Of a stretch of 64,000 nucleotides of DNA, positions 11,999 to 26,900 are shown in pieces. Source of the DNA: Macrostomum hystrix (lineage: Eukaryota; Animalia; Platyhelminthes); NCBI GenBank assembly GCA_950097015.1, contig CATNEN010000001.1, positions 4,154,001 to 4,218,000 on the forward strand, written 5' to 3'. The notes under the pieces were generated by a model. The model saw only the letters and a program-made list of their open reading frames with translations. It did not search any database and had not been told where the DNA came from. The translations under genes were made by a program, and so were the position numbers. The first letter of the stretch is position 1; the number at the start of each line of letters is the position of its first letter.

Positions 11999-14900
11999 AT
12001 GTTTAAGAAGCTGAGGCAGAAGATTGAGGAATCAGATACTGTTAAAAAGGTGAGTGAAAAAATAACTAGAAGGCATACACTATTTGTATGTGTAAAACTG
12101 GTAAATGATGTTCTTGAAAATAATATCCGACCCACATATTGGCTATATACTAAATTGTTTATCTTTAATCTGTAAACGAAAATAATAAATTCATAAACTT
12201 ATTTTTCTTATTATTTATATCTAGTGCCTAAATCATAATACACTACTATAAGTTAACTAACCTATTGTATTAAGAAAAGTAAAATAGTAGTTCTCACTAT
12301 AGGGTTCAATTTTTAATTCATACACTTGGCCAAAGCCTATCTTTACTTGTTAACCATTATTCATTGAAATAGTTATTTCCTTAGCAAAATAATAGTTTTT
12401 ATTTGTAAGTGATAAGTAACAAAGTTTTAAATAATTCTGCCCAGCACCCATAGATGTTCTGGAACCCACATTCCTCTTATAACTATTGTTAGCTATTTTC
12501 TGTTTTATTTTATACAATGAAGACTAGCATACATGCGCAACCTCCCAAATCTTAGCTGGCTGTGCGATTTAGTTTTTGCTCTATTTACGACTTAGTTTGC
12601 TCTCATTTGCTCTCTTTTTCTCTCCCCTTTTTCCTTTTCTTCACGCCTTCCTTTTTTGTCCCTTGGTCCCCCCTTTGATTTTTTGCACTTGGTTGATTGG
12701 TTTTTGCGACTTACCTTGCTTGGCCATTGTTTCACCCAGCCAGTTTGGCCAGGTCGGCCGGGTGTTGCACATGTATGAAGACTAGCGCAACCAGGGCAGT
12801 GGGTGGGTAATCACCCCCTTCTGCAGGAGGACCTAAAAGATAATAAGGGGATCAATTTTTTCTTCACTAAAATGGCAACTTGTCAACTATCCCCCTTTGA
12901 AAAATCCTAGTTGTGCCACTAATAATGGATTGTGTCAAACATGTAAGTTTAACTTATCACAACAGTTTTGCAACAGAATTTACTAAATCAGTTAGAATTT
13001 GTTATAAATAAACTCTATCATATATTATAAGGTTAGAAAAATTGATTATTGCAACGAAAAATCAACTTCTAAATCTTAAATATTTTTAACACTTTGTTTT
13101 ACAAATGCAAAAACCATTCATAAGGCTAAGTTTACAGCGCAGAAAGTAAAATAGCTTAACATGATAACTTTGCTCAATAAACAGGCGAATGATTCCATTG
13201 GTCGCCTGATGCCAAATGCTGCTGGCTCAGCAGAAACTGATAATGGTGGCTCAGCCAATCAGGATGCGTCTAGCACTGCCCGACCAATCAGATCGCGCCA
13301 GTCATCAATTAGTTCTATCGCTAGTGACGCTTCATTTTTTAACATCTCCGCTGGCGCTGCCGCCTCGGCCAAATCTCCCTCCCTGCCGCCACCATCAGAT
13401 CTGGAGTCCGAAGCTTCAATTGCCGGCGTCGAAGTCATGACTAAGCAGGAGTTGTTTCAAAAGTTTCTCCACGTCCAATCTTTATCGAAGCGATACAAAA
13501 GTAAATTCTACGAATTGATGGAGGCCCACCGAAGTCTGGATTCGGAAAAAGAGAAGCTTAGAAAGGCTTTGACTACAAATCAGGTTGGGACTGTGTACTT
13601 TTAATTTTGTGATAACAGCAGAACTACCAAGGGGGATATTCCCCCCTGAAAATATGTTGCTGCACCCGAACGGAGCAACGAAAGCACACGAAACTATAGA
13701 GCACGGGCCAAATTTTTGTTGCGCATCTTCTGAAACAAGAATCAATTCGCCAGCTCATCACACCGTCGAGATATTCAATGTTTCTGGTCGAAGGTCAGGT
13801 TTTTCCCATAAGCGCTAGTGTATTTCATACACCCCTATACACGAGTTAGCACTGCGCCTCAGTGCGGCCTTGCCAGGTCTTAAAGTGAAAATCTAAATTT
13901 GTCAGCATGTCACCCGAATGTGCCTGCATCATCTCCGTCTTCGGTTGTCACTCACCTATATCTAGACGGAGCTGCTGGACCTTCAAGGGCTACAACAGGT
14001 GGAAATAGGCCAATATGGACATCCTGACGCGAATTTCTCCAATTTCACTGATCAAGCCTAAATATTAGGCGCAGCTCAACCACAGTACACCATTGCCTAG
14101 TCTGTCAACCAATCAGTCACCACCCAACGCTGTGTTAGCATTCGGGCGCTGCCAAAAAGTTTCAAGGGGGAGAATTCCGCCCCTTGGTATAAAAACGGGC
14201 TGCAAAATGTCTTGGTAGTTCTACTGTTAAGAAAAATATTATTTATTATTTCTTTTTTAGGATAAATCACTGAGAAGGATTGGCGAACTAAAAGAACAAA
14301 TTGAACTCGACCAATTGGCTAAACGTGATTTGGAACAGAACTATAGTCTGCTTCTAGAAGAGAAAGATGAGCTTAACAAAGTGCTCAAGATACAGGTAAA
14401 ATAGTTTGTGTACTTCTGTTTTTTTAACGGAATCTGTCATTGATTGATTGATTGATTGATAGATTAATGAGTAAACTTAACGTTGTACTTTAACTAATTA
14501 TAATACCTATACATAATGTAAATAACGAATTCTTAGTTGGAAGACTGCAATCTGATGATGGCTGAGGTATACCTGATTCATTCAGCTAGCTATTGTACAG
14601 TTATAACTCACATATATTGTTAATTGTAATGTTTAAAACATGTTTAGTAAATTAATGGTACCCTAAAATATAAGTATAGCTGGTATTTTAGAAATCGTGT
14701 TTTTCCAAAGGCCATACATAAATAATTAACTCTGACCCACGTATTATAAAAGACAGTTAATTAAAAATATTTGCTTCAACCCATCTAATATGTACTTATC
14801 CTTTGTTTAAAAATGTACTCATAAATTGTTCGCCTTTGTTTTAGTTATCACATGTCAGGCTTGGCTTGTGGGTTGCACTAAAATAATTTGGTTCTATTTA

Positions 14901-17900
14901 AATATCTTTCAGTTTCTAGCCATTCGACACAAAATAGTAAATTTAGTTGGTGATTCTGTGGGCTAGCGACATCAGTGCTTCATTCAGTGTGTGTCATCCC
15001 CTCAGTGCTTCATTCAGTGTGTGTCATCCCCTCAGTGCTTCATTCAGTGTGTGTCATCCCCTCAGTGCTTCATTCAGTGTGTGTCATCCCCTCAGTGCTT
15101 CATTCAGTGTCTGCCATCCCCTCAGTGCTTCATTCAGTGTGTGTCATCGCCTCAGTGCTTCATTCAGTGTGTGTCATTCCCTCAGTGCTTCATTCAGTGT
15201 GTGTCATCCCCTCAGTGCTTCATTCAGTGTCTGCCATCCCCTCAGTGCTTCATTCAGTGTGTGTCATTCCCTCAGTGCTTCATTCAGTGTGTGTCATCCC
15301 CTCAGTGCTTCATTCAGTGTGTGTCATCCCCTCAGTGCTTCATTCAGTGTCTGCCATCCCTTCAGTGCTTCATTCAGTGTGTGTCATCCCCTCAGTGCTT
15401 CAGTCTACCAAGTCTATTCTTATTGTTACTTGTACCTAATTGAAAAACTCTTTAGGTTAGCCTACTCAAGGAAGGCAAGGATTTGCCACCGGAGCTGGAG
15501 GCGAAAATCAAAGACGGTCACGAGAAGGAGGCGTCCGAGAAGCGAAAAATGGAGGAGAGTTTAAAGACTGCTCAGGAGAAGGTGAGTATAACACACTCCA
15601 TATTAGGGCACTTAAAAAGCAGATTCAGATTCTAGCTTAGAGACGTAGCAGAAAAAACAGATTTCAGCAGAGATAAAACTCTCATTTAAGAGTGGAGAAT
15701 AATCCAAGTTAAGATGGGCTAAAAATACCAATTCATACAAAATAAAAGTCCAAGTTTCAAGAGGATAAAATCCTACTTTTCTGGGTATAATAATCCTAGT
15801 TCAGAGGGGATAAAATCCCATTTTTATGGGGTTAATAATCCTAGTTCAGAGGGGATAAAATCCCAGTTTTATGGGTTTAATAATCCTAGTTCAGAGGGGA
15901 TAAAATTCCATTTTTATGGGGTTAATAATCCTAGTTCAGAGGGGATAAAATCCCTGTTTTATGGGGTTAATAATCCTAGTTCAGAGGGGATAAAATCCCA
16001 TTTTTATGGGGTTAATAATCCTAGTTCAGAGTGGATAAAATCACAGTTTTATGGGGTTAATAATCCTAGTTCAGAGGGGATAAAATCCCATTTTTATGGG
16101 GTTAATAATCCTAGTTCAGAGGGGATAAAATCCCAGTTTTATGGGGTTAATAATCCTAGTTCAGAGGGGATAAAATCCCAGTTTTATGGGGTTAATAATC
16201 CTTGATTGTGAGGATAAAATCCAGTTTTATTGGGGTTATAATCCTATCCTCAGATCCTCAGACGGATTTATAAATCCTAGTTTTAATAACGCTATCAACC
16301 GATTTAAATATTCCGGGGTTACAGAGGAAAATAGTTGACTTATAAAGTCATTATTTGATTGAACAAGAAACAAATAAAAAGCCCCAGCTAATAAATCATA
16401 GAATTGAATTTTTTTCAGAACACTCGGCTTGAGCAGTTGCTGACGAAGTGCCGGGACAGCATCCAGAGCCTGAAGGAGAAGCTGGCCGAGTCCCAGGCCG
16501 ATCGGGAGACTCTTCGAGCCGAATCCGAGTCTAAAGCGGTGGCCAGCAAAATTGAAATGGTAACTTCGATGCCTACTTAAAGGATCCTGATTTGAGTCTG
16601 TTTGGATTAATCAAATACCTGTTCAAAATAATTCAATACGGACTCAAAATAATCAAACCCTATAAAAAAGAATCGAATCCCTACTCAAAAGAATAAAAAA
16701 ATTAACTTAAAAGAAGCGAATCCCAACTCAAAAGTATCGAATCCCAACTCATAGGAATCAAATCCCAACTCATAGGAATCAAACCCCAACTCAAAAGAAT
16801 CAAATCCCAACTTAAAAGAATCAATTCCCAACTCAAAAGAATCAAATCCCAACTCATAGGAATCAAATCCCAACTCAAAAGAATCAAATCCCAACTCATA
16901 GGAATCAAATCCCAACTCAAAAGAATCAAATCCCAACTCATAGGAATCAAATCCCAACTCATAGGAATCAAATCCCAACTCAAAAGAATCAAATCCCAAC
17001 TCATAGGAATCAAATCCCAACTCATAGGAATCGAATCTCAACTCAAAAGAATCAAATCCCAACTCATAGGAATCAAATCCCAACTCATAGGAATCAAATC
17101 CCAACTCAAAAGAATCAAATCCCAACTCATAGGAATCAAATCCCAACTCATAGGAATCAAATCCCAACTCAAAAGAATCAAATCCCAACTCATAGGAATC
17201 AAATCCCAACTCATAGGAATCGAATCTCAACTCAAAATAATCAAATCCCAACTCAAAAGAATCCAATCCCAACTCAAAAGAATCAAATCCCAACTCAAAA
17301 GAATCAAATCCCAACTCAAAAGAATGAAATCTCAACTCAAAAGAATCAAATCCCAACTCAAAAGAATCAAATCCCAACTCAAAAGAATCAAATCCCAACT
17401 CAAAAGAATCAAATCCCAACTCAAAAGAATCAAATCCCAACTCAAAAGAATCAAATCCCAACTCAAAAGAATCAAATCCCAACTCAAAAGAATCCAATCC
17501 CAACTCAAAAGAATCAAATACCAACTCAAAAGAATCAAATCCCAACTCAAAAGAATCAAATCCCAACTCAAAAGAATCAAATCCCAACTCAAAAGAATCC
17601 AATCCCAACTCAAAAGAATCAAATCTCAACTCAAAAGAATCAAATCCCAACTCAAAAGAATCAAATCCCAACTCAAAAGAATCAAATCCCAACTCAAAAG
17701 AATCAAATCCCAACTCAAAAGAATCCAATCCCAACTTAAAAGAATCAAATCCCAACTCAAAAGAATCAAATCCCAACTCAAAAGAATCAAATCCCAACTC
17801 AAAAGAATCAAATCCCAACTCAAAAGAATCAAATCCCAACTCAAAAGAATCAAATCCCAACTCAAAAGAATCAAATCCCAACTCAAAAGAATCAAATCTC

Positions 17901-20900
17901 AACTCAAAAGAATCCAATCCCAACTCAAAAGAATCAAATCCCAACTCAAAAGAATCAAATCCCAACTCAAAAGAATCAAATCCCAACTCAAAAGAATCAA
18001 ATCCCAACTCAAAAGAATCAAATCCCAACTCAAAAGAATCAAATACCAACTCAAAAGAATCCAATCCCAACTCAAAAGAATCAAATACCAACTCAAAAGA
18101 ATCCAATCCCAACTCAAAAGAATCAAATCCCAACTCAAAAGAATCAAATCCCAACTCAAAAGAATCAAATCCCAACTCAAAAGAATCAAATCCCAACTCA
18201 AAAGAATCAAATCCCAACTCAAAAGAATCAAATACCAACTCAAAAGAATCCAATCCCAACTCAAAAGAATCAAATCCCAACTCAAAAGAATCAAATACCA
18301 ACTCAAAAGAATCAAATCCCAACTCAAAAGAATCAAATCCCAACTCAAAAGAATCAAATCCCAACTCAAAAGAATCAAATCCCAACTCAAAAGAATCAAA
18401 TCCCAACTCAAAAGAATCAAATCCCAACTCAAAAGAATCAAATCCCAACTCAAAATAATCAAATCCCAACTCAAAAGAATCAAATCCCAACTCAAAAGAA
18501 TCAAATCCGAACTCAAAAGAATCAAATCCTAAACAATCATCCGTCATCATTTCAGGACAAGTTGACAGCTCGTCTTAACGAGGCCAGACAGAAGGCCAAA
18601 CAATCGTCTGACGAGGCCTCTCGCCAGCTAGCCGAGTGCAAAGCCTCACTGCACGCATCTCTGCAGGACAAGGAGGAGCAGATTGACAGCTTGAGAAAGC
18701 AGCTACAGTCGGCCGTGGCTAGAGCGGACTCAAGCTCAGCAGATTGTCAAGAACTCACCGATCAGCTGAGACAGTTGCAGCTGCATGTGGCTAATAAAGA
18801 AGACGAATTTCAACTGGCCATTGAAGAACGCGAAATGGCTAGAAATGCCGCCACAGCCGAGGGTGAACGACACAGGGAGGAGCTTCTGACTAGATTGACA
18901 AATCTGGAGGCTGCCGAGAAGCAATATAAAATAGCTTTTGAAACTGAACGAGCCAAAGCTGAGCAATTGGCTCAAGAGCTTGGCGGTAGAACAGCATCTA
19001 CCGAGGCTCAGATTGAGAAGGAAAAGGCCCAGGTTGGTACGCAACGCTTGGAAATGATTGGCTAAGATTGATCGGTGAGGATTATTCAAAAGAAGGATTT
19101 ATCAGGATCATTAATAAAGTAGATTTGATCGGGGCGATAACTGATAAGGTAGGATTGATCAAGGGGATTATTAATAGAGTAATATTGATCGTGCAGATTA
19201 TTGATAGGATAAGATTGATCGCCAGATCTAGAGGACTATTCATTGGGTAGGATTGATCTAAAGGACTATTGATAGGGTAGGATTGATCTAAAGGACTATT
19301 GATAGGGTAGGATTGATCTAAAGGACTATTGATAGGGTAGGATTGATCTAGAGGACTATTGATAGGGTAGGATTGATCTAGAGGACTATTGATAGGGTAG
19401 GATTGATCTAGAGGACTATTGATAGGGTAGGATTGATCTAGAGGACTATTGATAGGGTAGGATTGATCTAGAGGACTATTGATAGGGTAGGATTGATCTC
19501 GGGGATTATTAATAGATTAGGATTGATCTTGGGGATTATTGATAGGGTAGGATTGATATAGGCGATTATTAATAGTGTAGGATTGATCTCGGGGATTATT
19601 GATAGGGTAGGATTGATTTCGGGGATTATTGATAGGGTAGGATTGATCTAGGGGATTATTGATAGGGTGGGATTGATTTCGGGGGATTATTGATCGGGAG
19701 GATTATTGATAGGGTAGGATTGATCTCGGGGATTATTGATGGGATAGAAATGATCAAAGGGATTATTCATTTCATTGGGTAGGCACGGTTGATTTCGGCC
19801 CAACCCACCCGTCACACCAGGCCGCAGCAGAGCTGGAGTCTCGCCTGGCCCGCACCGTGGAGCAGCACGCCGCTCAGTTGTCGGATTTGCGGGCCGAATT
19901 CGCCCACGAGCAGGCCAGACTGCGCGAGAATCTCGCCGAGAAGGCGGAGGCAGAGCGATCGGAGCTGTCCGCAGATTTGGAGCGAGGCTTCGCTAGCCAG
20001 TTAGAGGCTGAGAGGAGGCGGCTGCAGTCGGCGCTGGCAGAGAAGGACGAACAGATTGACTATTTAAAGGATCTGGCAGCTGGATTGGAGACACAGGTGA
20101 GTCAACTACCTGATGCCCTCATCCACCTACTCACTTTCTTATATTCCCCTTCTCATCCTTCTCTTTTTCTCTTCTACCCAGCCATTCTCCACTTCTTCAG
20201 ATTTTTGCATTCTCTATTCTCATTTTCTTCCTGTTCTAATTTTCTTCCCCATTCTAGTTTTTCCCATTCTCATTTTCTTCCCATTCTCATTTTCTTCCCC
20301 ATTCTAGTTTTTTCCCATTCTCATTTTCTTCCCCATACTCATTTTCTTAATTCCCCATACTCATTTTCTTCCCTATTCACATTTTCTTCACCATACTCAT
20401 TTTTTCCCATTCTCATTTTCCTTTTTCTTCTTTTCTGCCCTGACTACTTGTACTCTCGTATTAGAATGTTATTCAGCCTCAATTATTTCGCTACATATCG
20501 GCTCCACCGCGCCGCATCGTCAATCAGGTTCGCAACTATGCCGCCAGCGCGGACGAGCAAGGCCGCCTGCTGGAGAGCCTTCGCGCGCAACACCAGGACC
20601 AACTGGCCGCCATCAAGGCCAAACTTGACGACGAATGCAGCCGGTCAAAACGCATCGAGCAGAGCGCTGTAGAGTTGGCCACGGCCAGAGAATCCCTTCA
20701 ACGAATGCTAGACGAATCCGCCAACGAAAGCGATCGACTTAAGAAGGCCTGCGCCCAGCTAACTGAGAAATTATCGGAGGAGCGAGTTATAAAACAGAGA
20801 GTAACGGAACAATTGGCCGATTCTGAGAAACTGCGCTGCGAATTGGAATATCAAGGAGAACGACTGCGCGACGACTATGCTCTGGTCTGTAGGGAATTGG

Positions 20901-23900
20901 ACGGCGCCAGAGCCGCTGCTGAGACGGCTGAAGCTGCCAGGCGAACAGCGGAGGATGAGGTTGGTTACCGCATTAGCCTTGTGCTGCTTAATGATAATTA
21001 CTTAGTAAACTCAGCATAACTGATCATTAGGATTAATTAAATTTGTCTATATGAGGAATCATTTGTCTTCCTTCATCTGGTCATCAGGACTAGTCATTTG
21101 GCCTTTCTTTAACTAGTCATACTAAGTGGTCATTCGAATACTCTTTAATTGGTCATATTGACCTGTCATTAGCTCTATCCAACTGGTCATATTGACCTGT
21201 CATTAGCTCTCTCCAACTGGTCATAGTCACTGGTCATTAGCTCAGTTTTTAAGTGATCATAGGGACTGGTCATTAGCCCAGTCTTTAAGTGATCATAGTA
21301 ACTGGTCATTAGCCCAGTCTTTAAGTGATCATAGTAACTGGTCATTAGCCCAGTCTTTAACTGGTCATAGTAACTGCTCATTAGCTCAGTCTTTAAGTGG
21401 TCATAGTGACTGGTCATTAGCTCAGTCTTTAAGTGGTCATAGTGACTGGTCATTAGCCCAGTCTTTAAGTGACAGCCCCTGTTTAACTAGTCATAATGTA
21501 GCGGTCATTCACGCCCTTTTTAATTCTAATCTGATTACCATTGATTGATTTAAATAATAAATTAGAGTTTACTTATTGCTCCTAGGCTGACAGGCGAGCC
21601 GAAGAATTAGACCGGACCAACAGACAACTCGCCTCTTCACAGAACGAAGCGGCCTTACTAACAGACAGTTTAAAAGAGGCCGGTAGCAGGCTAGCTTCGC
21701 TATCAACCGAGCGCGATCAACTCTCCGAGGAGCTAACTAATGCTCAGTCTCAACTGGCTTGGACTCAGCACAGGCTGGAAGAGCAGCAGGATCGAGTGGC
21801 AGCTCTAACTGAAGAGGCTCGCGCAGCCGAGCAGAGAATCTCGGCCGGGCAGCAGGAGGCGGCCGAATTGAAAGTTAGAATTGGTCACCTCATTGGCAGC
21901 TCGGAGGATAATGAGCAGAGTGCCAAGAAACAGATGGACAGCTTGCGTGCTGAGCTGGATAATAGGTAAGTCTCATTTGGGTCAGGATGCATTGGGTCAG
22001 GGTGCATTGGGTCAGGATGTATTTGGGTCAGGATGCATTGGGTCAGGATGCATTGGGTCAGGATGCATTTGGTCAGGATGCATTGGGTCAGGATGCATTT
22101 GGGTCATGATGCATTGGGTCTGGATCCAGTGGGTCTGGATCCAGTGGGTCAGGATCCAGTGGGTCAGGATCCATTGGGTCAGTATCCAGTGGGTCAGGAT
22201 CCAGTGGGTCAGGATCCAGTGGGTCAGGATCCAGTCAAGAGCGTTGTTTTCATTTCTCGACCATTCAGAACCCACGAGCTGCAGCGCGCCCGTCAGGAAG
22301 CCCAGGCGCTAGTTGAAACGCTGGAAACTCAACGAGCCCAAGAATCTGAAGCATCTGAGGCTCGAATCCGAGAACTCACCGATTTCATGCGTGAGCTTCG
22401 CTCTAATCTGTCTGCCGTCGAGTCGGAATTGCGTCAACGTGAATCGGAACTGCAGGAAGCGGAAACTCGCGCCTCCCAGCTGGAATCGGCGCTTGCTGAT
22501 TCTGAAGCGCTTCGCTTGAACGCTGTGGCTGAGCGAGATGACTTCGAAGCCAGCGCTGCTAGGGCCGCTGCGGCTGCCGAAGCTGCGGCCAGCCAGGCTG
22601 CTGAGCTGCGCGCCGAAGCCGATCGTCAGGCTGAGAATTTGGTCGGCGTTCGGCTGGCTGGCGAGAGTCGCGCCGCCGATTTAGAAGCAGCCGCATTGGC
22701 GTTGAGCGAACGACTTCAAGCTGAAGAAGCCAGCATTGGCCAGCTTCGATTGGACATGGAGGCCAGGGCTGCTGAGGCTGAGGATTGGAAGGCCAAGTGC
22801 CAGGAGTTTGAGAATACTATTCAGAATCACGTGACTGAGTCGAGTCAGCTCAAATCTGAAGTCGAGGATTGGAAGACCAAGTGCCAGGAGTTTGAAAACA
22901 CTATTCAGAATCACGTAACTGAGTCGAGTCAGCTCAAATCTGAAGTCGAGGATTGGAAGACCAAGTGCCAGGAGTTTGAGAATACTATTCAGAATCACGT
23001 GACTGAGTCGAGCCAGCTCAAATCTGAAGTCGAGGATTGGAAGACCAAGTGCCAGGAGTTTGAAAACACTATTCAGAATCACGTGACTGAGTCGAGTCAG
23101 CTCAAATCTGAAGTCGAGGATTGGAAGACCAAGTGCCAGGAGTTTGAAAACACTATTCAGAATCACGTGACTGAGTCGAGTCAGCTCAAATCTGAAGTCG
23201 ATAATTGGATGGGCAAGTGCCAGGAGTTTGAGAACACTATTCAGAATCACGTGACTGAGTCGAGTCAGCTCAAATCTGAAGTCGAGGATTGGAAGGCCAA
23301 ATGCCTGGAGCTTGAGAACACTAATCAGAATCACGTGACTGAGTCGTATCAGCTCAAATCTGAAGTCGATAATTGGATGGGCAAGTGCCAGGAGTTTGAG
23401 AATACTATTCAGAATCACGTGACTGAGTCGAGTCAGCTCAAATCTGAAGTCGAGGATTGGAAGACCAAGTGCCAGGAGTTTGAGAACGCTATTCAGAATC
23501 ACGTGACTGAGTCGAGTCAGCTTAAATCTGAAGTCGAGGATTGGAAGGCCAAATGCCTGGAGCTTGAGAACACTAATCAGAATCACGTGACTGAGTCGAG
23601 TCAGCTCAAATCTGAAGTCGAGGATTGGAAGGCCAAATGCCTGGAGCTTGAGAACACTAATCAGAATCACGTGACTGAGTCGAGTCAGCTCAAATCTGAA
23701 GTCGAGGATTGGAAGACCAAGTGCCAGGAGTTTGAGAACACTATTCAGAATCACGTGACTGAGTCGAGTCAGCTCAAATCTGAAGTCGAGGATTGGAAGG
23801 CCAAATGCCTGGAGCTTGAGAACACTAATCAGAATCACGTGACTGAGTCGTATCAGCTCAAATCTGAAGTCGATAATTGGATGGGCAAGTGCCAGGAGTT

Positions 23901-26900
23901 TGAGAACACTATTCAGAATCACGTGACTGAGTCGAGTCAGCTCAAATCTGAAGTCGATAATTGGATGGGCAAGTGCCAGGAGCTGCAAGCCGAACTAAAC
24001 AGTAGTCTGCAAGGTGCAGACGCTCAATTGAATCACCTTAAGGATACAGTTGAAGCAAAGTCTTTCGAGTTAAACGAATGTAGGACCAAAAATCGCGAAG
24101 CAGAAAAGAAGATTGAAACATGCGAAGCTCAGATATCGCAGTTAAAATTAGAATTAGAGACAAAAATAACGGAAGTAGATGAATGGAAAGCAAAATATGA
24201 GGGTGTGACTTCCGAGTTAAAGAGTGTCAACAATTCGCATGCAAGCCAAGTGTCTCAACTGAAATCTGAGTTAGACACGAAGAACCAGGAATCAGAGGAT
24301 TACAAAGCCCAGTTGTCACAGTTGAAGTGTCTGTTTGAGTCGAGCAGCCTTGAAGTGCAAGATTTGACAGTGAAATGCCAAGCTGTGCAGTCTGAGCTAG
24401 ATGAATCAGTTCGACTGCGCAAAGAAGAGGTTGCCCAACTAGAAGCCGATATACACGCGAGAACTCTAGAAGCAAACGATTGGCAGGCGAAATGCCGGGA
24501 GGCTCAATCTCAGCTGGAAAGAAGCCTCCAAGGAGCAGATGTTCAACTGACAGAGCTCAGAGTCGAACTAGACTCCAAGAATAGCGCCTTGGAGGATTGG
24601 ATGGCAAAGTACTCGCAGATTCAATCGGAATTAGAGAATTGTCAAAAAGAGCTTGAGGCCAAAGCAGGAGATGCGGATAGCTGGCAAAGAAAATTCCAGG
24701 AACTTCAATCCGAGTTGGCTAACACTCAGCAGGGATCTGAAGTACAGATGTCTCAGCTAAAATCTGAAATTGAAGCCAAGTCAAACAAAGCTGAAGAGTG
24801 GAAAAACAAGTGTCGCGAGATGCAAACTAAGCTCAAAACCGCTATTCAGTCGCTTAAAAAATTCGAAGCTAAAATTGCCGAACTAGAAAACGACAAAATC
24901 AAGAGTCAGGAGAGTCAAGCCGAGCTCGAGGCCAGTCTCAAATTATTCGAAGCCCAGTTGGCTGAACTGAAATGCAACTTGGAGGCTAGGACTAACGATG
25001 TAGAAGAGTGGAGAGGCAAGTGCCAAGAAGCTCAGGAAGAATTGGACAGAGTTCAACAGAATTCAACTGTCAGAACCTCCGAGTTGAACTCCGAATTAGA
25101 AAGAAGGAACTCAGAGATAGAAGAATTAAGACTAAAGTGTCAGGAAATTCAGTACGAGTTGAATAAAAGCTTGCAGAATCACGAAGCTCAGGTGTGCCAG
25201 TTCAAATCGGAACTAGAAGCCAAGACTAACGAAGTTGATGAGTGGAAAAACAAGTGCCAAGAGCTGCAAGCTGAGCTTGACAGAGGCCTGCAGGGAGCCG
25301 ACGCTCAGATGACTCACATGCGATCGGAGCTTGAAGCCAGGAATTCCGAGCTTGGAGAGTGGAAGGCTAAGTATCAAGAGGCTAGCAGAGATCTACAGTC
25401 CGACGAGGCTCTACTCTCGCAATTAAGATCGGAGCTAGAAACAAAGTCGAGCGAGACTGAAGACTGGCAGGCAAAGTATCAGGACATTCAGTCTCAGCTA
25501 GATGCCGCAATTCATTCCTACGATGGGCAATTATCACAACTCAGGTCTGAAATTGAAGTAAAAGCCTCTGATGTTGAAAACTGGAGGGCCAAGTATCAGG
25601 ATGCTCTGGCGGAGCTGGATCAGAGCCGTCAGTTACACGATGATCAGCTAACCCAGCTCAAGCTGGAATACTCAGCAAAGTCGGCAGAGACTGACGATTT
25701 GAAGGCAGTGCGGCAGCAGCATCAGCAGCATTTGGAGCAACTCGGCAGCGATTTGGCTGCTAGGGAAGTCGAGCTGTCCCAGCTGAGATCTGACTTTGCC
25801 AGCAAAGCATCGGAAACCGAAAGTTTCATGTCTAAATGTCAAGAGCTCGAACAGCAGTTATCTGAGCTTTCTAGCCGCCTAGAAACTAGAGAAATTGAGC
25901 TAGGCCAGGCTAAATCAGAGCTCGAATTCAAAGCTTTGGAATTGCACGAACTACACAGCGCAACCGCGGAACATCAACGTCAACTGGAGCAGTTTGGCAG
26001 CAGTCAGGAAGAGAAAGACTTTTTGATGGCGCAATTGCAATCCGAAGTCGAACGGTTCAAATCAAAATGCGACGAACAAGAACACCAACTGAAACAGTTG
26101 CAATCTAGATTAGAATCTTCCCAAGCCGAATGCCAATTGAAGAGCAGGGAATCGGAAAGCTGGCTAGCCAAGTGTCAGGAGCAGCTGCATCGACTGCAGC
26201 AGGCTGGCGCGGAAGAGGAGACCAGAGACGCCGAGCTGTCTAAGCTTCGCTCTGATTGCGTATCTTTAACAGCCGAGGCGGACAATTGGCGCGCCAAATG
26301 CGAATTGCTTGAACAGGAGCAGGAGTTTCGAATGGAACAGATGGCCGGCGGGCATGAAGCTGTCGAAGCCGAGCTGAGGGCTCAGATTGTCGAACTTACC
26401 GCCGAGAATCGAACTCAAGCCGATGCTATCGATGAGGCGCGTAGAAACCTGGAAGCCGCCGAAGCTGCCGCGGCAGATGCCAATCGTAGAGCATTGCAAA
26501 GATTCACGAAATCTATTAAGGAGTTAGTCGAAGCTCTGGGTTTAAACTATAGTTCGATCGAAAAAGATGAGTCTAATATTTGCGAATTCGCCAATGACGC
26601 AACAGAATTATTAGACGAATCTTCAAAAGCGGCCTCACAGATTAGGCAACAACTAAAGGAGTTAAAGTCTGAACAGGAAACAACGGTTCAGGTAGGTTAA
26701 AAAAATTCGAAGCCGTATTGCATGCATAAACAAGACACACACAGTATTAAATAAGTCTATATTATTTCCCGCTACCCAAACAGTCTCTACAGCGTCGTCT
26801 AGCTAGTTTAGAATCTCAACTGCGCACCAGCCAATCAGAATTGGACTTGGCCAGAGACGAATCAGATTCGGCCGCACTAGAACGCGACCGATTCGCTGCT

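Noticed and set aside
16685-18550. 621-aa (GFDSFEL)n and 402-aa heptad-like (KSQLKRI)n ORFs
   Set aside because: Translations of a 21-bp intronic minisatellite; the + strand one is out of frame with and stops before golgin exon 6, and flanking exons splice cleanly around it
22033-22268. N-terminus MHWVRMHW... of the 1555-aa ORF
   Set aside because: Intronic 15-bp repeat read in frame; the real exon begins at acceptor 22269
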